Source: a virus (Duplodnaviria; Caudoviricetes). Taken from it: a DNA stretch of 64,000 nt. The stretch lies in the IMG/VR virus record IMGVR_UViG_3300049182_000044, positions 64,001 to 128,000 of that record; one strand, 5' to 3'. This document shows, piece by piece, positions 43,587 to 53,272 of this stretch. How positions within the stretch are numbered: position 1 is the first letter of the stretch; each line of letters begins with the position of its first letter. The notes beneath the pieces were generated by a model, which ran no database searches, was not told the origin of the DNA, and saw only the letters and a program-made list of their open reading frames with translations. The position numbers were made by a program, and so were the translations under genes.

Positions 43587-45242
43587 ATGGGAACCAATGC
43601 ACATTCTTCAGCCGGCGTATATGTTCGCGAGCTTGACCTTTCGCAACGCGTCGCTGCTGCTTCAACTTCCATTGGCGCCATCGTCGGTGCTTCCGACAAA
43701 GGCCCAGTAATGGAACGTACGCTGATTACTAGCGTACGCCAATTTATCGAAACTTTCGGAAAGCCGAATCCGCGTACTTCCTACATGCATTACTGCGCCC
43801 TGGCGTTCCTCGAAGAATCCAGCCGCTTGTACGTTACCCGTGTTTTGAGCAACGCAAACGATGCTCTCACCGCAGGTGCGTTTTTGACCGTTGACGATCT
43901 GGCAGCTGAAACGCCTCTGCTTTCGCTGAACAACTTTGACAACGGCACGAATACTCCGCTGGGTCGTTTTGACCCGTTCAACACTACGGAGTTCGACCCG
44001 ACTACTCCAGGTATTGAAAACACGCTGTTCATGGTTTGCGCAATCAACCCAGGAACATGGAACAACGACTTGCACGTTCGCATTCGTCCTTCCAACAAGC
44101 GCGGCGTGGACACTCCTGATGACCCGTATGTGTTCTGGATCGAAGTGTTTGTCGATTACAAGAGCAATCGCCAAGCTCCGGTTGAAGCATTCCTCGTTAG
44201 CCGTGATTACAAGATCGACGGCTTCGGCAATCAGATGTTCATCGAGGAAGTTATCAACAACAAGTCGAAGTACATCCGTGTTCGCAACAACCCGTATGCA
44301 CCGGCAGTTAAGGTGTTGCGTATCGCAAGTGAATTCCTGGACGGCGGCACGAACGGTGGTCGTCCGAGCGATGCTCAGATCAACCAAGGCTGGGAACTGT
44401 ATCGCGATCCGGAACAGCTTGATGTGAACATCCTGATTAACGGCGGTTACGCTACGCCGGCGGTTCAGCTGAAGATGGATGACATCTGCCAAGACCGTAT
44501 GGATTGCATCGCCGTCCTGGACATGCCGTCCGGTGAGCAAGAGGTTAGCCGCGCTGTCAACTATCGCCGCAATACCTTAAACCTCGATTCCTCCCGTTCT
44601 GCGATTTACTCGTCGGACGTGAAGATTCTGGATACGTACAACGACCGCGAGATCTTCATCCCGCCTAGTGGCCATGCCGCAGCTGCATACGCCCGTACGG
44701 ACGAGGAAGCTGAAACGTGGTTCGCCCCGGCTGGTATGAATCGTGGACGTCTGGACATTCTCGAAGCTCGTGTGATCTACAATCAGGGTGATCGCGATGC
44801 TTTGACCGATGCTCAGATCAATTCGATTCGTTTGATCCCAGGCGCAGGCTATCGTATCTGGGGTGCAGACACATTGCAGTCGATGGCTTCGGCTCTGTCC
44901 AACGTCAACGTTCGCCGTCTGCTGAACTTCATCGAGAAGTCGGTTTCGATTGCGGCACTGTATTCTGTTTTCAATCCCAATGACTTTGTGCTTCGCGCAC
45001 AGTTGACGGAAATGACGAATCGTTTCCTCAACCCTATTAAGACCAGCCGTGGTTTGTATCACTTCCAGGTGGTCTGTGATGAAAGTAACAACCCGCCCGA
45101 ACTGGTTGGTAGCGGCGATACGATTCTTGATGTGTACCTCGATCCGGTCATTCCGGCGAAGCGTATTCACTTGAATGCAATCGTCACTAAGACCGGCGCA
45201 AACTTCAAGGAGGTAGCGCAGGCAAGATCGGGCGAACAATAA
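43587..45242 (+). CDS. Contractile tail sheath protein
   Basis: AGVYVRELDLS, GAIVGASDKGP, PPSGH, WFAPAG.NRG, IWGADT, VNVRRLLNFIEK, FQVVCDESNN. Confidence 0.93.
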   Translation: MGTNAHSSAGVYVRELDLSQRVAAASTSIGAIVGASDKGPVMERTLITSVRQFIETFGKPNPRTSYMHYCALAFLEESSRLYVTRVLSNANDALTAGAFLTVDDLAAETPLLSLNNFDNGTNTPLGRFDPFNTTEFDPTTPGIENTLFMVCAINPGTWNNDLHVRIRPSNKRGVDTPDDPYVFWIEVFVDYKSNRQAPVEAFLVSRDYKIDGFGNQMFIEEVINNKSKYIRVRNNPYAPAVKVLRIASEFLDGGTNGGRPSDAQINQGWELYRDPEQLDVNILINGGYATPAVQLKMDDICQDRMDCIAVLDMPSGEQEVSRAVNYRRNTLNLDSSRSAIYSSDVKILDTYNDREIFIPPSGHAAAAYARTDEEAETWFAPAGMNRGRLDILEARVIYNQGDRDALTDAQINSIRLIPGAGYRIWGADTLQSMASALSNVNVRRLLNFIEKSVSIAALYSVFNPNDFVLRAQLTEMTNRFLNPIKTSRGLYHFQVVCDESNNPPELVGSGDTILDVYLDPVIPAKRIHLNAIVTKTGANFKEVAQARSGEQ

Positions 45243-45288
45243 ACAATCTACTCCTTAGAAAGGATTAGGCTTTTATGAGAGTACGCCT

Positions 45289-45843
45289 ATGTCAGCCACT
45301 AACGAGTTGGGCGCATCAAAAGATGAAACCGTTGCGGTCCTCAAAGTCAAGGTCGACATTCTGACCGAGACTATCGGTGAAATCAAAAATGCGCTCAAAC
45401 GCATCGAAGAAATAGTGGGTGTGATTCGCATTATTGAAGTCCAGTCGAAGCAACAATCGAAGGACTTCGATAATCTTACCGCCACTGTTCAAGCCTTGAG
45501 TAAGAGTGTTGAAGAGGTTGAGGTCGCAATCAACAACTCTATTCAAGAGGGCGACTACAATACCGCTGAAGCAGCGAAGCTTGCTTTGCAAGAGGTATCA
45601 AAGAAGTTGAAAGACGTGTCCGAGAAGCTGGACAATCTTGAAAAGGATTGGAAGGAGAAGTACAACTTCGGACGCGGCGTGTGGTGGGTGATCTCGCTTA
45701 TCGCAGGCACTGTGATTGCGGCTTTGATGTACGTCGCTAACAGTAACTACACGAAAATCGAAGAAGTACACAATTGGATGACGCGAGAACGGATTGTCAA
45801 AGAAGTTCAGCAAGAAAGCAAAGTCGCAGAGTCCAAGCGTTAA
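45289..45843 (+). CDS. Coiled-coil protein with C-terminal TM (possible lysis-associated membrane protein)
   Basis: Long heptad region then GVWWVISLIAGTVIAALMYVA. Confidence 0.65.
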   Translation: MSATNELGASKDETVAVLKVKVDILTETIGEIKNALKRIEEIVGVIRIIEVQSKQQSKDFDNLTATVQALSKSVEEVEVAINNSIQEGDYNTAEAAKLALQEVSKKLKDVSEKLDNLEKDWKEKYNFGRGVWWVISLIAGTVIAALMYVANSNYTKIEEVHNWMTRERIVKEVQQESKVAESKR

Positions 45844-45913
45844 TCCTTTAACTCCGTCTACGGCATAGGTCAGGTGCTTAATTGCACCTGATCTCTTTAT
45901 AAGATGAAGAGTC

Positions 45914-47080
45914 ATGTCAACCCCGTTCAACGAACACGATTTACGGTCGAAAGAGGCGAAGAGTCTCCTTGATGATCTTGAAGAGATCAGGCGTTCTGCC
46001 TCGTCCATCGTATCAACCCTTGAAAGAGAAGTAGTACACAATCAATCACTTTTGAAGACAGTTGCTCACTTGGTCGGCGATAGCGTGCTGGTCGTTAAAG
46101 ACAATGCTGTGCACCTTGCCAATAAACAAGCAAGCAAACTGCTGGGACTTTCGGAATCATGCCTTGAGGGCATTAAGATCAACGAACTGTTCCCAAACAT
46201 CCTTGACGCTTTGAAGTCAGGCGAACATGAGAAGGCCATGCAGTTCCAAGCTAGCACGCCTGAACGTCAGAAAGTTAATTTGACTCTGACGAAGATTTCT
46301 GCACCGACACACCACAGCTTCGTGATCGTAGCTCGTGAGGGCAACGTAGTACAAGAATGCGTGAACAAGGGTACCTGCCAGTTCCAGTCGAACATCATCG
46401 ACGCCGTGCCGACGCCGTTGTTTTACACGGACATTAACGGACACGCCATTCATGGTAGCTCCTCGTTCTACGAAATGTTTGGGCTGTCCAAGCAACAGAT
46501 GGAAAAGCATACAGTCACTTCTCTCTTTTCCGAAGTTGTTGGCAAGCTGTTCTCTCCGCGTGAGCAGTTCCACGCGACTCCCGAACGTCTTGAACTTCGA
46601 GTGCATTTGCCCTGGCGCAATCGCGATCTGCATATCGTATTGCTCAAGACTGTTTTCAGAAATTGTGAAGGTAAGCCGATTGGACACGTCGCTACTATCT
46701 TGGATGCTGCTACAGCTCCTCCCGCGCTACCGAAGACTTCGACTAACATAGTTAAGATCCTGAATGGTTCGGATCAGCCGATCGCTGTAACGGGATGGCC
46801 TAACACGCGCATCGTTATGGCGAACAAAGCATTCTTCGACTACTACGGATACAACGAGAAAGAAGTTCTCGGAAGACATGTTTGTGACTTCTGCCTCGAT
46901 GAAACTCCTAAAGTCGGAGTCATGGAAGAAGCTTTCCTACACGGCGAGGACTGGGTACAGCAAGTACAGAGCAAACGTAAAGATGGTTCTGTCTCGCTTG
47001 ATCTAATCAAAGTAGTTCCAATCATGAAGGATAACGTCGAAGGCCCAGCCTACTGTATGTTTATCAAGCAGGGTAGTTAA
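45914..47080 (+). CDS. Multi-PAS-domain protein without output domain
   Basis: Three PAS-like repeats: DSVLVV...ANKQASKLLG; IIDAVPTPLFYTD.NG...FYEMFG; ILNGSDQPI.V...ANKAFFDYYGY..KEVLGR...RKDGS. Confidence 0.8.
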   Translation: MSTPFNEHDLRSKEAKSLLDDLEEIRRSASSIVSTLEREVVHNQSLLKTVAHLVGDSVLVVKDNAVHLANKQASKLLGLSESCLEGIKINELFPNILDALKSGEHEKAMQFQASTPERQKVNLTLTKISAPTHHSFVIVAREGNVVQECVNKGTCQFQSNIIDAVPTPLFYTDINGHAIHGSSSFYEMFGLSKQQMEKHTVTSLFSEVVGKLFSPREQFHATPERLELRVHLPWRNRDLHIVLLKTVFRNCEGKPIGHVATILDAATAPPALPKTSTNIVKILNGSDQPIAVTGWPNTRIVMANKAFFDYYGYNEKEVLGRHVCDFCLDETPKVGVMEEAFLHGEDWVQQVQSKRKDGSVSLDLIKVVPIMKDNVEGPAYCMFIKQGS

Positions 47081-47623
47081 ATGAACATCGTAACCTATGA
47101 ACAGGCACGCAACCTTATTCAGGACGGCGATTTGGTCTTTGTAAAGAAGGGCAAGTCGATCTGGAGTAAGCTGACGCAACTGGTAACTAAATCGGATGTG
47201 TACCATTGTGGTATCGCATTTTGGGTGCGCGACCCAGTGTATAAGTCAAGGCTGTTTATTGTGGAAGCTTTTCGAGGTGGGAGACGGATTGTCTCCCTTT
47301 CTTCTTACGCTAAGCATCCGATAGACATTATTGGTTCGCCTATTTCATGGGAAAAGAATTGCGACGAAGTGTTAGATAATACTGGACTCGTCCCATACAG
47401 TATTCCTGAGTATGTCTGGATCGGACTTCGAGAGCTGTTGCGCATTAAGCGTGATGATGCCGATGATGACTACGGTGAAGTATGCTCCAAGATGGTCGCC
47501 AAGTATCTTGTGCGCGGTGGAGTCATGCTTGAAACAGACATTAGTCCAGGTAAGCTCGAAGAGAAGCTGCTGCAAATGCAATTTGACTTCCGTTTCCGGA
47601 TCACGAATGATACTGTAAAGTGA
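47081..47623 (+). CDS. Permuted papain-like NlpC/P60 (YaeF/YiiX) enzyme
   Basis: QDGDLVF, SDVYHCGI (His first), IVEA, YS, later CSKMVA (Cys last). Confidence 0.8.
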   Translation: MNIVTYEQARNLIQDGDLVFVKKGKSIWSKLTQLVTKSDVYHCGIAFWVRDPVYKSRLFIVEAFRGGRRIVSLSSYAKHPIDIIGSPISWEKNCDEVLDNTGLVPYSIPEYVWIGLRELLRIKRDDADDDYGEVCSKMVAKYLVRGGVMLETDISPGKLEEKLLQMQFDFRFRITNDTVK

Positions 47624-47658
47624 AAACATCAAACTATATAGCTTAGAAAGGGTTTAAC

Positions 47659-48141
47659 ATGACTAACGCAGCTACCTCAACACAAGAACAGATTGCTCTT
47701 GCCGAGGCAGTGCATGACGTTAAAATCACCTCGATGGTGAAAACGTTGACTGCACAGAGAGAGAATGCGCAGAATGCACTTGTCAATGCACTGGGTGACA
47801 AAGCAGTAGCAGAGTACAAGCTGCAAGAAGCTCTCAAGAATATCTCGGCACTGAGTAACGCACTGGCGCAGAAGAATCAAGAGAATGCTGAGTTACGCAT
47901 CCTTGTTCTCAATCTGCAGCAACAAGTTTCGGAGTTGAAGAACCCTCGACCCGCGGAACTCACTGCGCCCGCAGAAACTCCTGTTGCACCAGAGGTCGCT
48001 GAAGTAGAAGCTCCTTACGAGGAGGCTTCGGTTAGTTCTGAAGGCCATCCCTTTCGTGAAGAACAAGCCGAAACGCAAGAAAAAGAAAAAGGCATGTTCA
48101 CGAAGGTAGGAGAGGTAATCAAGAGCGCCATCCATCGTTAA
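47659..48141 (+). CDS. Coiled-coil hypothetical protein
   Basis: GAAAGGG RBS, follows CTGTAAA. Confidence 0.65.
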   Translation: MTNAATSTQEQIALAEAVHDVKITSMVKTLTAQRENAQNALVNALGDKAVAEYKLQEALKNISALSNALAQKNQENAELRILVLNLQQQVSELKNPRPAELTAPAETPVAPEVAEVEAPYEEASVSSEGHPFREEQAETQEKEKGMFTKVGEVIKSAIHR

Positions 48142-48191
48142 CCTTGAATGTATAGCAGAAAGGGTACATTCATCTTAACAAAGGACTGGTC

Positions 48192-48653
48192 ATGCCTATT
48201 CAAGTAGCTTCGTTTTTGATACCACGGAATAACAATACGTGGTACATACTTGAGGACAAGTACCTAAAAGGCGGTTTGCGTGTTTGCACCGACGTTGCAG
48301 AACGCACCGCCATTCACGCAGCATCGCTGAAGCTAGGTATGTTGGTGCTGCTTCTCTCAGACAATAAGATTTATCAGTTGAAGAATGTTTCAACTAAGCT
48401 GTGGGAACCCTACGTATCTTCTACTCCTCAAGTAAACCCGTTTCATACACATAAACAGGTCGCGCCATCTGATGTGTGGACAATTCAGCACAATAAAGCG
48501 AATAGGTATTTCCAACATACCCTTTTCGACGACTCTGGCAAATCGATCTTACCCGATGAAATCACCATCATCGACAATAACACGGTTCAGATCAAATTCA
48601 TCATGCCGATCATGGGACACTGTGTCCTGGCATTCGACTCGGCAGCGGTTTAA
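48192..48653 (+). CDS. Putative virion protein (LED.YLKGG module plus W.I.HN module)
   Basis: N terminus paralogous to 53273 and 55887; C terminus paralogous to 50647 and 51259. Confidence 0.7.
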   Translation: MPIQVASFLIPRNNNTWYILEDKYLKGGLRVCTDVAERTAIHAASLKLGMLVLLLSDNKIYQLKNVSTKLWEPYVSSTPQVNPFHTHKQVAPSDVWTIQHNKANRYFQHTLFDDSGKSILPDEITIIDNNTVQIKFIMPIMGHCVLAFDSAAV

Positions 48654-48905
48654 CTACCTCCAAATTTAGTGGGCAAGCGATTGAAGAACTCAGTCGTTTG
48701 CCCATTTCCTTTTGTACCTTCACCATAGATTACACAACATTCAGGCGCTTGATTGCGCCTGATCTGCCCTTCAGATTGCTCTGGAAATCGTAATTTATGT
48801 GCAATCATTAGGGCTAATACCTTTTTGATAAAGAGCATTTGCGCTCTAGGTTGTGCAATCTAGACTGCTATTTGCAACTGAAGTTAACTTTGGAGAACTC
48901 CTAAA

Positions 48906-50573
48906 ATGCGTATTCTTGGTAATCTCGTATTCGCAGGCCTCGGCCAAGTTCAAAACCTCCGCGTTGAGAACGTCGCCACTGATCCTGTAACCCCGATGGT
49001 CGGCCAAGTCTGGTACAACACTGCTGAAGGCTTCTATAAAGGCTATGACGGCACCACCGTCATCACCTTCGCTTCCGGCGGTAACACCGACCTGATCCTC
49101 GAAGAAGTAGATCGCATCGAAACTGCTGCAGGCCTGTCCGAGACCGGCACGTATGCTCAGCACACCGACACGAACTACATTAACGGCGCCACCAACCTGA
49201 AAGCAGCTGACAAGTTGCTGGATGCACAGCTGAAGACGGCAACCGATGCAGCTGCTACGGCTCAAGGCGCAGCCGATGACGCTCAAGCAGAACTCGACCT
49301 GGTCGAAGCTGCTGCTGGTCTGAACACCGATGGTACGTACTCGGCTCACACCGACACGAACTACATCAACGGCGCTGGCAACCTGAAAGCTGCTGACAAG
49401 CTGCTCGACACGGCTGTTAAGAATGCTGCTGACGCTGCTTCCGGCGCACAGAGCACTGCTGATCTGAAGGTTTCCAAGTCCGGCGACAGCATGACTGGCA
49501 ACCTGGCGATGCAGAACAACAAGGTCATCGGCGTTGCTACTCCGACTGACGCTGGCGACGCTGTCAACAAAGCATACGTTGACGCAATCGCTTCGGGTCT
49601 GACCTGGGAAGCTCCGGTGGACGGCGTTGTTGCTGACCACACTGCAATCGGTACAGCTCTGGTTGCTGGCCAGCGCTTCGCAAACACCACTGACGACAAG
49701 ATCTACACGGTCACCGCAGATGGTGCTGATGGCGCTACCGCAGTCTGGAATGCTGGCGAACTGCTGGTTGACGGCGCTGCCTTCTTCGACAAGTCCGTCG
49801 AAGCTGGTTACGTGTTCAACGGTGCTGAAATCGTTCAGTTCTCCGGCCTCGGTCAAGTGACTGCTGGTATCGGTCTGGTTAAGACCGGTAACGTCATGGA
49901 CATCAACCTGGGTGCTGGTATCGGCCAACTCCCGAGCGATGAAGTCGGTATCGACATCCTCGCAGCTGGTGGTCTGTTCCTGACGGTTGACGGCACTGCT
50001 GCTTCGACTGACTCGGCAGCTCAACTGTCGGTCAAGATCGACGGCTCGACCCTGTCCCGTTCGGGCTCGGGTGTCAAGGTTGCCGATGCCGGTGTTACCG
50101 AAACCCAACTGGCAGCTTCGGTTGCTGGCGCAGGTTTGACTGGTGGCGCTGGTGCAGCTCTGGCTGTTGGCGCTGGCACGGGTATCGTTGTTGACGCTGA
50201 CACGGTTGCGCTCGACCTGACTTACGCTGATGGCCGTTACATCAACGTTGATGGCGACACGATGACCGGCTCGCTGACTCTGGCTGCCGATCCTACGACC
50301 GCTCTGATGGCTGCTACCAAGCAGTACGTTGATTCGGTTACCACCGCACTCGAAGGTTCGACCGTCGTGTACGATGGTTCGGTTGCTTCTGCTTCCCACG
50401 TTGTTACCCACAACATCGGCTCGCAGTTCTGCAACGTCACCGTGGTTGACTCTGCTAACAAGCAGATCATCCCGGACAGCGTCACGTTCGACAGCGCTAA
50501 CCAGCTGACCGTGGCATTCAGCTCCGCCATCACCTGCAAGATCGTGGTGACCGGCAAATACGTCGCTGCTTAA
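48906..50573 (+). CDS. Ala/Gly/Thr-rich fibre-like virion protein
   Basis: Internal duplication of about 60 aa, DAVNKAYVD and AATKQYVD fibre motifs, GIGLVKTG repeats; strongly biased codon use. Confidence 0.75.
   Translation: MRILGNLVFAGLGQVQNLRVENVATDPVTPMVGQVWYNTAEGFYKGYDGTTVITFASGGNTDLILEEVDRIETAAGLSETGTYAQHTDTNYINGATNLKAADKLLDAQLKTATDAAATAQGAADDAQAELDLVEAAAGLNTDGTYSAHTDTNYINGAGNLKAADKLLDTAVKNAADAASGAQSTADLKVSKSGDSMTGNLAMQNNKVIGVATPTDAGDAVNKAYVDAIASGLTWEAPVDGVVADHTAIGTALVAGQRFANTTDDKIYTVTADGADGATAVWNAGELLVDGAAFFDKSVEAGYVFNGAEIVQFSGLGQVTAGIGLVKTGNVMDINLGAGIGQLPSDEVGIDILAAGGLFLTVDGTAASTDSAAQLSVKIDGSTLSRSGSGVKVADAGVTETQLAASVAGAGLTGGAGAALAVGAGTGIVVDADTVALDLTYADGRYINVDGDTMTGSLTLAADPTTALMAATKQYVDSVTTALEGSTVVYDGSVASASHVVTHNIGSQFCNVTVVDSANKQIIPDSVTFDSANQLTVAFSSAITCKIVVTGKYVAA
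49125..49415 (+). repeat. Tandem intragenic duplication (AGL..GTY..HTDTNYINGA.NLKAADKLLD x2)
   Basis: CACACCGACACGAACTACAT and AACCTGAAAGC.GCTGACAAG repeated 180 nt apart. Confidence 0.85.
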
Positions 50574-50593
50574 TCGTAGCGTCTAGCTGACTT

Positions 50594-50630
50594 GGGGACA
50601 CCTGAATTGTCGGGTGTCCCCTTCTCTTAT
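50594..50630 (+). terminator. Intrinsic terminator-like hairpin
   Basis: GGGGACACCTGA-ATTG-TCGGGTGTCCCC followed by TTCTCTTATT. Confidence 0.6.
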
Positions 50631-50646
50631 TAGCGGAGATACCAGA

Positions 50647-51246
50647 ATGGAATTTCATGGCAACATCAACCTGTTGGAGAATGACCTGATTGGTGCTGTG
50701 TTTGGCATCGAAACAAACTTTCCTCCAAATCCCCGTCCTGGCCGCTTCTGTTTCAAAGACAAGGTCCTTTACTTGTGCACTGAACTCGCAGGCGGTTTGC
50801 CGGTTTGGGTCCCCTTGACGCAGCAATTGACCATGCGTAAGCACACGCAGACGGTTGCGCAGATGGAGTGGACGATCAACCATGGCCTCAATACCTCTGA
50901 TGTGCTGGTTCAGGTTTACGATTCAGAAGGCAAGTGGGTCATCCCGGACACGATCAACACCTCGGTGTTCAATCAAGTTACAGTTTCTTTCAGCCTCCCG
51001 ATGACTGGCATCGTCATCATGCAGCGTGGCATCACCGAAGGCTCAGCGCCTCCGCTGCTGGCACATGAAGAAGAGTTCACTAATTCGGATACATGGGTTG
51101 TCAACCATGGTCTGGGTTACAATCCGATCATTCGCGTTATCGTGGGTGGTCAGGAAGTTCAGCCGTATAGCATCGTCCATAATTCGACAATGCAGACCAC
51201 GATCACATTTACTTCGCCGCAGACTGGTTCTGTTCGTTGCGTTTAA
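50647..51246 (+). CDS. Putative virion protein with two W.[IV].H.LG modules
   Basis: EWTINHGLNT and TWVVNHGLGY repeats. Confidence 0.7.
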   Translation: MEFHGNINLLENDLIGAVFGIETNFPPNPRPGRFCFKDKVLYLCTELAGGLPVWVPLTQQLTMRKHTQTVAQMEWTINHGLNTSDVLVQVYDSEGKWVIPDTINTSVFNQVTVSFSLPMTGIVIMQRGITEGSAPPLLAHEEEFTNSDTWVVNHGLGYNPIIRVIVGGQEVQPYSIVHNSTMQTTITFTSPQTGSVRCV

Positions 51247-51258
51247 TCGGAGGTAGTA

Positions 51259-51471
51259 ATGGCTATCTTTGGGCACAATCATACGCAGAGTGAAGCAACG
51301 GACACTTGGGTCATCAACCACGCTTTGGGTGTTATGCCGGTTGTTGACGTTCAAGTCGTGCACGAAGGCGTATTGCAGAAAATGATTCCTCTGGCAGTTG
51401 AGTACCCCTCGAACAGCCAGGTCATCGTGCGTTTTACTAGTCCGCGTACAGGTACAGCTCGTCTCGCGTAA
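51259..51471 (+). CDS. Single-module W.INH.LG protein
   Basis: GGAGG RBS; paralog of modules in 50647. Confidence 0.7.
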   Translation: MAIFGHNHTQSEATDTWVINHALGVMPVVDVQVVHEGVLQKMIPLAVEYPSNSQVIVRFTSPRTGTARLA

Positions 51472-51532
51472 TCGTCGAATCAACACGCAACACGTCCGAA
51501 GGCGTTTGTTGTTAAACTAAAAGGTGAAATAG

Positions 51533-53254
51533 ATGGAGCTCCGGCTACAAAAATTCATTGACAGTATGGGAACGCTTTCGGACATCCGAAACCTTGATCC
51601 ATACAATCCGGTCATCCTGCAGATGGAACATCCGGTAACGGCGATGCAGTATGTGATCGTCGTGGCCATAACGGAACCCAGCTACATGGGTATCCCGATC
51701 AATGCTATCTGGGTTGTGCAGAATCCCCAGAGCAACTACTACAAGAAGGCACTCAAGCTGAAAGCAGTTGCACCGAATGCTATTCCGGATGCGTTGCCTG
51801 GGCTGACTCAGACGTGGATTGAAATCTTCACGTATGACGAAATCTTCTCCGATCCCCAATGGTACGACAACGGCTCGGGCGGCGGTGTTCCCGGCCCGAT
51901 TGGTCCTCAAGGTCCGGTTGGACCTCAAGGTCCGATGGGTCCGACTGGTTTGCAAGGTCCAGTTGGTCCTCAAGGTCCTGCAGCAGTCGTTGATTACGAC
52001 TTCATTATCGCTGAAGTAGTGAAGCAGGTAGGCGACGGCGGTACTCCTCAGACAGCCACGCTGGCAATCATGGGTGCTAACACGGTCATGGAAGGTGGTA
52101 CTGCTCAATATGCGGTCGAACTCACCATTGGCACGAACGCTCCGATGGCTATTACTGCTCCGATTACTCTCACCGGTACTGGTGCGACGATCAATGCTAC
52201 CAATCTGGTGACCGCGGCCGGCAACCTGACTGGCGATCAAACGATTACTCTGTCTGCTAGCTATACCTACAACGGTACGGCGCTCACGGCGACTAAGAAC
52301 GTGGTGATCACCAATGCTGCGTTGGCCTCTATCGCAGTCACTGGCTTGGGTACTAACGTATTCGAGTCGAAAACTGCTCAACTGGTGGCGACCGCAACCT
52401 ACGGTAACGGCGCAACTTCGACTGTGACCACTCAGGCAACGTACACGGTGAATCCGGCTAGCGCGGGTACTGTGAGCGCTGCAGGTCTGTTCACTGCGGC
52501 TGCTGTAGCGAGCGACACACCGTTCTCGATCACGGCATCCTACACTGAGGCAGGCGTAACACGTACCACCACCGTCAACAGCACGAATAAGAATCTGATT
52601 GCTCAGTCTCTGGCTATCTCTAGCGGCGCAACTACGGTGAACGAAGGCGGCACGTTGCAGATGACGGCTACCGTGACCCGCAATGACACCACTACTGCCA
52701 ACGTATCCTCCCAAGCGACCTGGACGGTTAGCGATCCGGCTGCTGGTACGATTGATGCTAACGGTATGTTCACCGCATCCTTGGTTGCGGCCAACACACC
52801 GGTTACGATCAGCGCATCCTACCTTCAGGAAGGCATCACGGTTACTGCGACGCGTAACATCACCGTCAACAATGTGGCTGCGGTTATTTATCCGTACTAC
52901 GGTGCGGCGGCTAGCCCAGGTGTTGCAGGCAAGACTGGTGAGTGGATCAAGTCTACTCTGACGCAGCGCGGCCCTAACGGTGATCGTACTGCAACCAACA
53001 TCTCCATTGATGGCGGCAATGCTCCGGGCAACAAGTTCCTGTTCTACGCATACCCGAAATCCTACGGCCTCGCTCAGTTCTTCGATCTCGATTCGCAGAT
53101 GTTCGGCGGCTGGGATGGAGCTGATGACCAATTCGGTCAAGGCACTAACGGCCCGATGGAGGTCAATGTTACTATCGACGGTCAAGTGGTTGTGTTCTAC
53201 CTCTACCAGTCGGATATGTACAACCTCGGTCTGACTCGCTGGAACGTCAGCTAA
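51533..53254 (+). CDS. Virion protein with short collagen segment and three or four Ig-like (Big_2) domains
   Basis: (GPx)n; repeated L.I.G...V.EG...Q..A..T...G....V...ATW.V. Confidence 0.8.
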   Translation: MELRLQKFIDSMGTLSDIRNLDPYNPVILQMEHPVTAMQYVIVVAITEPSYMGIPINAIWVVQNPQSNYYKKALKLKAVAPNAIPDALPGLTQTWIEIFTYDEIFSDPQWYDNGSGGGVPGPIGPQGPVGPQGPMGPTGLQGPVGPQGPAAVVDYDFIIAEVVKQVGDGGTPQTATLAIMGANTVMEGGTAQYAVELTIGTNAPMAITAPITLTGTGATINATNLVTAAGNLTGDQTITLSASYTYNGTALTATKNVVITNAALASIAVTGLGTNVFESKTAQLVATATYGNGATSTVTTQATYTVNPASAGTVSAAGLFTAAAVASDTPFSITASYTEAGVTRTTTVNSTNKNLIAQSLAISSGATTVNEGGTLQMTATVTRNDTTTANVSSQATWTVSDPAAGTIDANGMFTASLVAANTPVTISASYLQEGITVTATRNITVNNVAAVIYPYYGAAASPGVAGKTGEWIKSTLTQRGPNGDRTATNISIDGGNAPGNKFLFYAYPKSYGLAQFFDLDSQMFGGWDGADDQFGQGTNGPMEVNVTIDGQVVVFYLYQSDMYNLGLTRWNVS

Positions 53255-53272
53255 TAAACAAAGGAAATCGAA

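Noticed and set aside
45289-45843. Holin call for the coiled-coil TM protein
   Set aside because: Single C-terminal TM with a long soluble domain and no adjacent endolysin in the window; not supportable
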